From: Burkholderiales bacterium
Lineage (GTDB): Bacteria; Pseudomonadota; Gammaproteobacteria; Burkholderiales; JAEUMW01
Reading direction: 5' to 3'
Length of the DNA: 64,000 nucleotides
Assembly: GCA_039807745.1 (NCBI GenBank)
Contig: JBDHRV010000002.1
Span: 3,598 to 67,597, forward strand
In this document: in pieces, positions 57,220 to 64,000 of the stretch
Layout: every line of letters begins with the position of its first letter
Numbering within the stretch: the first letter of the stretch is position 1
Made by a program: the position numbers and the translations under genes
Notes under the pieces: generated by a model
The model's input: the letters and a program-made list of their open reading frames with translations, nothing else
The model's database searches: none
What the model was told of the DNA's origin: nothing

Positions 57220-58443
57220 ATGAACGTCTCGATCACTTTCCCCTCACTGTTTGGCACGGTGGAGATGGCCCCGCGCGATCCGATCCTGGGGCTCACCGAG
57301 GCGTTCAATGCCGATCCCCGCGCCGACAAGGTGAACCTCGGGGTTGGCGTCTACCTGGGAGACGACGGGAAAGTACCGCTCCTGGCTTCGGTGCGCGTCG
57401 CCGAGGGCGCGCGAATGCAAGCGCTGCCGTCGCGTGGCTATCTGCCGATCGACGGTCCCGCCCACTACAACCAGCTCGTACAAGACTTCGTCTTCGGTGC
57501 GACCTCACCGATCGTGAGCGAGGGCCGCGTCGTCACCATTCAGGCGCTCGGAGGAACCGGCGCGCTGAAGGTCGGTGCCGACTTTCTGCGGCGACATCTG
57601 CCTGCGTCCATCGTCTATCTCAGCGATCCAAGCTGGGAGAACCATCGTGCCCTGTTCGAGGCGGCCGGATTCAAGGTCGACAACTACCCCTACTACGATG
57701 CCGCCACACACGGGGTCAGGTTCGATGACATGAAGCGACGGCTGGCGTCGCTCGAGCCAGGTTCCGTCATCGTGCTGCACGCCTGTTGCCACAATCCCAC
57801 GGGGGCCGATCTCACGCAATCTCAGTGGCAGGAGGTCGTGGACATTGCTCAGGCGCGCGCGCTCGTCCCGTTTATCGACATGGCCTACCAGGGCTTCGCG
57901 GACGGTATCGACCAGGACGCGGCCGCGCCCCGTCTCTTTGCGAGCTCCGGCCTCTCCTTCCTGCTTGCGACCTCATTCTCGAAGTCGTTCTCGCTGTACG
58001 GCGAGCGGGTGGGCGCGCTCAGTCTCGTCACGGACAGCGATCGAGAGGCGGTGTGCGTGCTGTCTCAGATCAAGCGGCTCGTGCGTACCAACTACTCCAG
58101 CCCGCCGACCCACGGCCAGGCCGTAGTCGCTTCCATTCTGTCGGATCCCGAGCTGAGACAGAGCTGGGAAACGGACCTTGCCGGCATGCGCGATCGCATT
58201 TACCGGATGCGATCGGAACTGCTGGAAAGGCTGCGTGCTCGTGATCTGAGCATCGATCTCTCGTTCCTGCTGCGCCAGCGCGGAATGTTTTCCTACACCG
58301 GGCTCACCGCCGATCAGGTCGATCAACTGCAGACACGGTACGGCATCTATGCGGTGAGTACCGGCCGCATCTGCGTGGCGGCACTCAATTCCCACAACGT
58401 CGACTACGTGGCGGATGCGCTCGCCGCGGTGCTCAGGATTTAA
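57220..58443 (+). CDS. class I aspartate/aromatic-amino-acid aminotransferase (AspC/TyrB family)
   Basis: [19 protein letters not shown]-terminus, [12 protein letters not shown]-lysine motif [14 protein letters not shown]. 407 aa. Confidence 0.9.
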   Translation: MNVSITFPSLFGTVEMAPRDPILGLTEAFNADPRADKVNLGVGVYLGDDGKVPLLASVRVAEGARMQALPSRGYLPIDGPAHYNQLVQDFVFGATSPIVSEGRVVTIQALGGTGALKVGADFLRRHLPASIVYLSDPSWENHRALFEAAGFKVDNYPYYDAATHGVRFDDMKRRLASLEPGSVIVLHACCHNPTGADLTQSQWQEVVDIAQARALVPFIDMAYQGFADGIDQDAAAPRLFASSGLSFLLATSFSKSFSLYGERVGALSLVTDSDREAVCVLSQIKRLVRTNYSSPPTHGQAVVASILSDPELRQSWETDLAGMRDRIYRMRSELLERLRARDLSIDLSFLLRQRGMFSYTGLTADQVDQLQTRYGIYAVSTGRICVAALNSHNVDYVADALAAVLRI

Positions 58444-58462
58444 CGCAGAGCGGGGGTTCGCA

Positions 58463-59944
58463 TCAGCCGTCCAGTTGCAACCTGGGCTGCGTCAGACTTC
58501 CGCCGACGGAGATCGTGGCTGCACTGCTGCCCTGCGACTTGAGGCGCACGCTAAAGCTTCCCATGATCTGCCGCGAGGGGGTGACGTCGAGATTTCCCTT
58601 TGCCGTCAGGAGTCCCGATCCGAGCTGCAGACGTCGAAAGGAGAGGCTGCGTCCCGCGGTCTGGAGGTTTCCCGTGAGCTCCTCGAACTGCGTCGCGCCG
58701 CCGTGCACGTTGCCGACGGCTGCCGCCGAAAGGTCGGTGTTGTAGAGCACGCCCCTCTTCACTCGAAAATCAACCCCCACACTCAGGTTCTCGAGTAGCG
58801 CGGCGGCGCTGACAGCCCGAGCAGAGAAGCTGCCGTCCGCATCCAGCCGGCCGCCTAACGCGATGTCCTGCGTGAAGCTGCCGATGAGCGTCTGCACATC
58901 GAGATTCGCGGCGCTGAAGCGGCCCTCCGCGAGCAGCCCAGCCGTCCAATCGAGAACGAGGTCGCCCTTCACGAGGCCATCGTGCAAGAGAGCCTCGACC
59001 CGATCGAGCGCGAGGCGGTTGACACCGAGATTACCTGTCGCATCGAATCGTTCGAGGGTCACGCTGGGCACCGTCGGCGTCGACCAATTGCTGGCGGAGA
59101 GCTCCACCGCCGAGCCCACGACGCTCGCCTGTGCTCTGCCTTCGTCGAGCGACAAGTTTGCGCGTTCGAGTGTGCCATCGGGCGCATAACGCACATCGCC
59201 GGAGAGCGGCGCCAGAACGATGCCGTTGAGATCGAGTCTGCTCGCCGCGAACGTCATCCGCTCGATCCTGATGCCGTCGGCGGTGAGCGCCGTCGCGCTG
59301 CTCTGTAGGAGCGCCAGGAGTTCCTCTGCCGACAGTCGCGCCTCGCGCAGTTCGAGGAGCGTGATCGATCCCGGCCGGCCGAACAGCGTCGACCAGCCGG
59401 GTTGCGCGACTACCTCGCGCACCCGCAACGATTCGCCGACGGCAAGGTCGGTGAGCTTGAGCGCCGGACGTGGCGTGAAGACGATCGAGCTGCTGCCGAT
59501 CGACACATGCCGCGCAGACTTTGCAAGCGATTCCTCGATCTGCGAAGTAAGGCACTCCAGAGACTGATGAACCAGGAACAGCACTACCACGACCGCGAGA
59601 AACGGCAGCAGGATCAGGATGCGGCGCGTCCACGTTGCGACAAGGCCCGCGAAGTCTATCCCCGCGGATCCGTCGTCGGGCGCCCAAGGCGTCGACGACG
59701 TCGCTGACTGGTTGGCGATTGGTGTGGGTCGCTGCGCGATGGTTTCGATGTAACCCTCTCGGAGCAACCGATCCAGGGACCGGGGAAGGTCGGGGAGCTG
59801 CGGCTTGAGTGAGGCTAGATCATCGACACTCGACTTGCCGTCGACCATCACGAGCACGAGCCAGGGCTCGTGGGGCAGCGAACGCAGCGAAATCTCCCGC
59901 TCCCCCTTCGACGTCCTCCTGTATACGCATGTCGAATTCATCAT
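58463..59944 (-). CDS. AsmA-family-like membrane protein with an extra N-terminal cytoplasmic module
   Basis: About 493 aa from MMNSTCVY. About 75-aa soluble N-terminus, one TM helix (ILILLPFLAVVVVLFLV), then AsmA-like beta-rich periplasmic region ending ..GGSLTQPRLQLDG. The start is uncertain (59944 vs 60013). Confidence 0.6.
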   Translation of the reverse strand: MMNSTCVYRRTSKGEREISLRSLPHEPWLVLVMVDGKSSVDDLASLKPQLPDLPRSLDRLLREGYIETIAQRPTPIANQSATSSTPWAPDDGSAGIDFAGLVATWTRRILILLPFLAVVVVLFLVHQSLECLTSQIEESLAKSARHVSIGSSSIVFTPRPALKLTDLAVGESLRVREVVAQPGWSTLFGRPGSITLLELREARLSAEELLALLQSSATALTADGIRIERMTFAASRLDLNGIVLAPLSGDVRYAPDGTLERANLSLDEGRAQASVVGSAVELSASNWSTPTVPSVTLERFDATGNLGVNRLALDRVEALLHDGLVKGDLVLDWTAGLLAEGRFSAANLDVQTLIGSFTQDIALGGRLDADGSFSARAVSAAALLENLSVGVDFRVKRGVLYNTDLSAAAVGNVHGGATQFEELTGNLQTAGRSLSFRRLQLGSGLLTAKGNLDVTPSRQIMGSFSVRLKSQGSSAATISVGGSLTQPRLQLDG

Positions 59945-60031
59945 GGGCGATGAGGAAGACTCAGCGCGCTTGCATATCGGGCGATGCCGGGCCGCTGCTG
60001 CCCAGGAGCCCACCCTGCACGCCCTGCTCGG

Positions 60032-60060
60032 TTGACCAAGGATAAGTCAGACCTTATTAT
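60032..60060 (+). promoter_or_regulatory. sigma70 promoter for tRNA-Asn
   Basis: -35 TTGACC (60032-60037), 17-nt spacer, -10 TATTAT (60055-60060). The mature tRNA 5' end lies 16 nt downstream. Confidence 0.6.
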
Positions 60061-60075
60061 AAGCGCCTCGAAAAT

Positions 60076-60151
60076 TCCCCGATAGCTCAGTCGGTAGAGC
60101 GACGGACTGTTAATCCGCAGGTCCCTGGTTCGAGCCCAGGTCGGGGAGCCA
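60076..60151 (+). tRNA. tRNA-Asn (anticodon GUU)
   Basis: 76 nt. Acceptor TCCCCGA/TCGGGGA, D arm GCTC-AGTCGGTA-GAGC, anticodon loop CTGTTAA, T arm CCTGG-TTCGAGC-CCAGG, encoded CCA. There is a single A-C mismatch at 27-43. Confidence 0.93.
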
Positions 60152-60328
60152 AGGCTTTTCGGCGGTTCCCGATCTGCGCGGTGGCTTCTTCATGCGTGAT
60201 AAGTCGGTAATCCACTCGGGCCGTGACAGCAGCGCGCAGCTCCGCACACCCTGACTCGCGCTCCAGTTCTGCTAGACTCACGACTCAAGTAAGTTTGGCT
60301 CGATCCGGACCGTGACTAGCGGGGGCGC

Positions 60329-62041
60329 ATGACGAGGAAGGCAAAGCCGTCTGCGCTCCGGCGCCCGGAGGATACCGACGGGCGATTCAAGGCGCTGGTC
60401 CAGAACTCCGCCGACATCATCACCATCCACGATCCGGATGGCATGACTGTCTTCGAGTCCCCCGCCGCCGCACGCGTGCTCGGCTATGGACCCGGTCAGC
60501 TTATCGGCCGCAACCCGTTCGACTCCATCCATCCGCGCGACGTTGGGCATGTGCGCGAAGTCTTCGCGCAGGTCGTTCGTGGTGAGATTCAGCCCGCTCC
60601 CGTCGAATTTCGCTTCCGGCGTGCCAACGGGTCCTGGATCCACTTGGAGGCAGTGGGTACCAACCTCCTGCACTATCCCGGCATCGAGGGCGTCGTGCTT
60701 ACGTCGCGAGACATCACTCAGCGTAAGCTGGCAGAGGAGCGGATTCAGTATCTCGCGCAGCACGACACGCTGACCGATCTGCCGAATCGGGTGCTCATGC
60801 GCGACCGCCTGAACATATCCATGGCCCAAGCCCAGCGGTGGCAGCAGATCGTCGCGGCCCTGTTGATCGATCTCGATCGCTTCAAGGTCTTGAACGATAC
60901 GTTCGGTCCGGTCGTCGGCGACGAGATCCTGCGCGAAATGGCCGAGCGCTTGCGGCAATGCACGCGCGAAGGCGACACCGTCGCGCGACTCGGCGGCGAC
61001 GAATTCATGGTGCTCTTGCCCAATCTCGCGAGCCCGCAAGGAGCAGCCGCGGTTGCGCAGAAGGTGCTGCAGTCGGTTGCTCATCCATTGCGCATCAGCG
61101 GGCAGGAGATTTTCATGTCTGCGAGCATCGGAGTCAGCCTTTATCCGGACGATGCCGGGGACGCGGACGACCTCATCCGTAACGCCGATACCGCGATGTA
61201 CAGTGCGAAACGGCTGGGCCGCAACAACTATCAGTTTTATACGGACGATCTCAATTTACAGATGCGCGAGCGGCTCGTGATCGAGCACGGGCTCAGGCTC
61301 GCGGAGCAGAGAAACGAACTGCGTCTGCTGTATCAGCCGAAGATCGAACTCGGTCAGCGCACGATCACGGGTCTGGAGGCATTGGTGCGCTGGCATCACC
61401 CAACCCTGGGTTTGATCGCGCCCGATCGCTTCATCCCGATCGCCGAAGAAACCGGATTGATCGTACCGATCGGGGAGTGGGTGCTGAGAACTGCGTGTGA
61501 GCAGATTCGGGCGTGGCGCGACGAGGGATTTCACCTGCGGGTCTCGGTGAATCTGTCGGCGCGTCAGTTTCGGCAGGAGAACTTGGCTCAAACCATCTAT
61601 CGCATCCTGTCCGAGACAGGCGTCCCCCCCAACTATCTCGAGTTGGAGATCACGGAAAGCGATGTCATGGAGAACGCGGAGTTGGCAATCGCAACTTTGG
61701 GCGAACTGAAGGGCAAAGGTGTCGACATCTCGATAGACGACTTTGGGACCGGTTACTCCAGTCTCAGCTATCTAAAGCGGTTTCCACTCGACATCCTAAA
61801 GATCGATCGATCCTTCGTGCGTGATATCCCAGCCAACGAAGACGATGCCGCGATCGTCGGCGCGATCATTGCCCTTGCACGCAGCATGGACATAAAGGTG
61901 GTCGCTGAAGGGGTCGAGACCGAGAGCCAAGCGGATTTCCTAAACCGCTCGGGCTGCGATTTCGCGCAGGGTTACTACTTCAGTCCGCCGGTCCCAGCCG
62001 AAGAAATCAGGAAGCTGCTGGCGGGGTGGACCTTTCGCTAA
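60329..62041 (+). CDS. PAS-GGDEF-EAL c-di-GMP turnover protein
   Basis: 570 aa. N-terminal PAS ([19 protein letters not shown]). Intact GGDEF ([11 protein letters not shown]). Intact EAL set ([34 protein letters not shown]). Confidence 0.9.
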   Translation: MTRKAKPSALRRPEDTDGRFKALVQNSADIITIHDPDGMTVFESPAAARVLGYGPGQLIGRNPFDSIHPRDVGHVREVFAQVVRGEIQPAPVEFRFRRANGSWIHLEAVGTNLLHYPGIEGVVLTSRDITQRKLAEERIQYLAQHDTLTDLPNRVLMRDRLNISMAQAQRWQQIVAALLIDLDRFKVLNDTFGPVVGDEILREMAERLRQCTREGDTVARLGGDEFMVLLPNLASPQGAAAVAQKVLQSVAHPLRISGQEIFMSASIGVSLYPDDAGDADDLIRNADTAMYSAKRLGRNNYQFYTDDLNLQMRERLVIEHGLRLAEQRNELRLLYQPKIELGQRTITGLEALVRWHHPTLGLIAPDRFIPIAEETGLIVPIGEWVLRTACEQIRAWRDEGFHLRVSVNLSARQFRQENLAQTIYRILSETGVPPNYLELEITESDVMENAELAIATLGELKGKGVDISIDDFGTGYSSLSYLKRFPLDILKIDRSFVRDIPANEDDAAIVGAIIALARSMDIKVVAEGVETESQADFLNRSGCDFAQGYYFSPPVPAEEIRKLLAGWTFR

Positions 62042-62047
62042 GAATGG

Positions 62048-63292
62048 CTAGAACGCCCATTCAATGCCCGCACCCACGATATTGTCCCTGAAGTTGCGGA
62101 CTTCCACGTTGGAGTCGCGCTTCGTCCACGTGTAGTAGAGCGTGCCCTTCAGTGAACGCAAGATGGCGTACGTCGCGTTTACGCCGACGCTGTACAGATC
62201 GTCGTTGCGCTGATCTTCCACGAGGTTTATATCGGTCAGTATCCCGGGACGGCCTTGATAGTCTCTGTCCTGATAGAAGACGTTCATTCCGAAGGCCAGT
62301 TTCGAGGTTGCCTGCCACGTCGGAGTCAATGTAACACCCGTTGTAACGATATAGTTGGTGGTGACGTCAGTGAAGGCACCGATAAGACGATAGACTGAGA
62401 GCGTAACCGAGGTAGTCCCCGTGGGAAGGTAAGTAAACGTCAGGTTGCCGGTCGGACCGGTGTAGTCACGATCAGGGGCAAGTTCATAGCTCCGGTTCGT
62501 ATACGCGAGAAAGCCTGCAAATCTTGAACGCCCGCCCAACTCCCACCGTACTACGTTAATGCCAAAATCGTTCTGCTCAAACTTGCCGGTGCTCGGCACC
62601 AACGGATCGATCACCACATTTGGGCGCTCCCCGTCGGTAAACCTGTAATACAGATCGACGAGATTGCTCGCCTGCGTCCGATAGCGGACAGCCCCCTCAT
62701 AGACGTTCTGTTCCAAATCTGAGGGTTTGAAGCGATCTGCGGAGTTCGTAATATCCACGAACTTGTAGCCGGCACGCGCCTCCCAACTGGGGTGGAACTG
62801 GTAGCCGATGGTCACAAAGGGAATCCCTACTGTGCGCTTGTTGGGCGTGAAGGAAGTAACCTCAAGGAAGGCATTGGGGTACTGATTCTGCGTATACCCG
62901 ATCTCCCCGCCCCATTGATTGCCGACTCTCCAATTCCAAGTGGCGCCAAAGTTGAATAGGGTAGCGTCGAACGTGTCATGCTCGGTGTAGAGACGTTGGA
63001 TGATGTTGCCGGCCAACTCGATATTTTGCCGGCTAATGTCCTTGTTTACGGTGGCACCGGCGTTGAGCGTAAAGATCGTATCGCCCCTGGCAGTCGATCC
63101 GCTCGCAGGTGATGGTGTGATGTTCGATGGCAGTCGAAAAACGTTGTCGTCGTACGCAACCCCCGCCCCCGCGTTGAACTTGACGACGTCGCCGTCCGCA
63201 AACTCGGCGCGAAGCCCTTTCGCCCAGCTCAGGACGCTCAAGGCAACGACGCTGATTACCGCGGCCCGATGGAAGTTCGATCTAGATTTCAC
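62048..63292 (-). CDS. outer-membrane beta-barrel protein of the exopolysaccharide-locus type (EpsL/PEP-CTERM-associated-like)
   Basis: GTG at 63292 gives signal peptide KSRSNFHRAAVISVVALSVLSWAKGLRA/EF. Alternating beta-strand pattern, GVAYDDNVFRL motif, C-terminal GAGIEWAF. The family assignment is from memory only. Confidence 0.65.
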   Translation of the reverse strand: MKSRSNFHRAAVISVVALSVLSWAKGLRAEFADGDVVKFNAGAGVAYDDNVFRLPSNITPSPASGSTARGDTIFTLNAGATVNKDISRQNIELAGNIIQRLYTEHDTFDATLFNFGATWNWRVGNQWGGEIGYTQNQYPNAFLEVTSFTPNKRTVGIPFVTIGYQFHPSWEARAGYKFVDITNSADRFKPSDLEQNVYEGAVRYRTQASNLVDLYYRFTDGERPNVVIDPLVPSTGKFEQNDFGINVVRWELGGRSRFAGFLAYTNRSYELAPDRDYTGPTGNLTFTYLPTGTTSVTLSVYRLIGAFTDVTTNYIVTTGVTLTPTWQATSKLAFGMNVFYQDRDYQGRPGILTDINLVEDQRNDDLYSVGVNATYAILRSLKGTLYYTWTKRDSNVEVRNFRDNIVGAGIEWAF

Positions 63293-63521
63293 TTGAACAG
63301 GGTTTCTCTCTGTGCGGACAAGGTACAGCCATCGGCGGCCCACGCGAACGAAAGACAACCTACGCTACCTCAGATTCACGCAACTACATTTTATGGAGAT
63401 TTCCGATCGCTTGCCGACGTTTTTCGCCAACGACCACTCAGTTTGTTGCGCAGAAGATACATTTTGTCGGGTACTATTTACAGATAATAGACTCTTACAT
63501 CGGCGTGTAGGATCCTTGGAC

Positions 63522-63585
63522 TTCCCAACACTGTGCGACCTTCATTGAGTCCACAGGGACCTTGACGGCGGTCCAGTGTTGGGAA
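63522..63585 (+). promoter_or_regulatory. 12-bp perfect inverted repeat enclosing a 40-nt loop with an inner hairpin, in the leader of the sugar-transferase gene
   Basis: TTCCCAACACTG (63522-63533) / CAGTGTTGGGAA (63574-63585). Inner GTCC-ACAG-GGAC (63549-63560). A further hairpin CCATCC-GTC-GGATGG lies at 63610-63624. Confidence 0.5.
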
Positions 63586-63714
63586 ACGCGCGAAAGGTAG
63601 GCGGGTGATCCATCCGTCGGATGGGTAAGGTTCTCGCGCGGGCGCGACGTATCGTCATGGAGTTTACTGCCTTTGTTCCATCGAAGTTCTGAACCTGCTG
63701 AATTGCTGCCCACC

Positions 63715-64000
63715 ATGCCCCCTGTGACATCCCGGCGAGCCCCGCGTGTCGACCACGCTCTAGAAAGTCCTGGATTCACTGCGGCGCGCGAGAGCTTCCC
63801 CGCAACCCAGAAGTTGACCGCGGCCGCTCCGAGCCAACCACGGCTGTTCCGGGGTCAATTGTCATTTCTTTCCGTCACCCGCCTGCTTCTCGACCCGCTG
63901 GTGGCGGTGGGCGCCTTGGTCGCCGTAACTGTGGCGCACGGGGAGCTTTTCCGCGGCAAGTACATGGTACTGGCGCTCATAGTCTTTTCCCTGACATTCC
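63715..64000 (+). CDS. polyprenyl-phosphate sugar phosphotransferase (WcaJ/EPS sugar-transferase family), N-terminal fragment running off the window
   Basis: Not in the ORF track because there is no stop in the window. Frame 1 is open from 63601 with ATG at 63715. The translation ..QLSFLSVTRLLLDPLVAVGALVAVTVAHGELFRGKYMVLALIVFSLTF matches the N-terminal TM region of this family. Confidence 0.6.
   Translation, partial: MPPVTSRRAPRVDHALESPGFTAARESFPATQKLTAAAPSQPRLFRGQLSFLSVTRLLLDPLVAVGALVAVTVAHGELFRGKYMVLALIVFSLTF

Noticed and set aside
63359-63714. Possible c-di-GMP riboswitch ahead of the EPS sugar transferase, given the adjacent GGDEF-EAL gene.
   Set aside because: The segments ACAGGGAC and AACGCGCGAAAGG only loosely resemble the GEMM-I conserved cores as I remember them. 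The paired-helix layout does not fit. A covariance-model scan is needed before any claim.

Overview
High-GC proteobacterial chromosome segment. Hand-counted 60-nt lines give about 63-75% GC in the core genes. The gene order is the conserved Beta/Gammaproteobacterial backbone: ligA-galU; glnD-map divergent from rpsB-tsf-pyrH-frr-uppS-cdsA-dxr-rseP-bamA-skp-lpxD-fabZ-lpxA-lpxB-rnhB; pyrG-kdsA-eno-ftsB; maf divergent from yceD-rpmF-plsX-fabH-fabD-fabG-acpP-fabF-pabC-mltG-tmk-holB-tatD; rluC divergent from rne; uvrB. I cannot assign the class or genus from sequence alone. Roughly 80% of the window is tightly packed housekeeping genes, many joined by ATGA/GTGA stop-start overlaps. Most long alternative ORFs in the six-frame track are GC-driven antisense or off-frame shadows. 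Two parts are less ordinary. (1) At 27.9-37.3 kb there is a five-gene type IV pilus chemosensory (Pil-Chp) cluster, pilG-pilH-pilI-pilJ-chpA. It has visibly lower GC, contains no CheR/CheB genes, and encodes a 1769-aa multi-Hpt ChpA. A 484-bp non-coding spacer upstream of pilG carries a good sigma54-type -24/-12 element and several repeats. (2) At 58.5-64 kb lie an AsmA-like membrane protein with an extra N-terminal cytoplasmic module, a tRNA-Asn with a textbook promoter, a PAS-GGDEF-EAL protein, an exopolysaccharide-type outer-membrane beta-barrel, and the 5' end of a polyprenyl-phosphate sugar transferase behind a highly structured leader. This second part runs off the window. I also noted a small Crp-family regulator / DUF2892 pair with a CRP-like palindrome between the two genes. 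I found no CRISPR array, IS/transposase, integrase, toxin-antitoxin pair or recognisable defence system. I cannot honestly point to a clearly novel multi-gene system here. The findings below are regulatory and architectural oddities worth checking.
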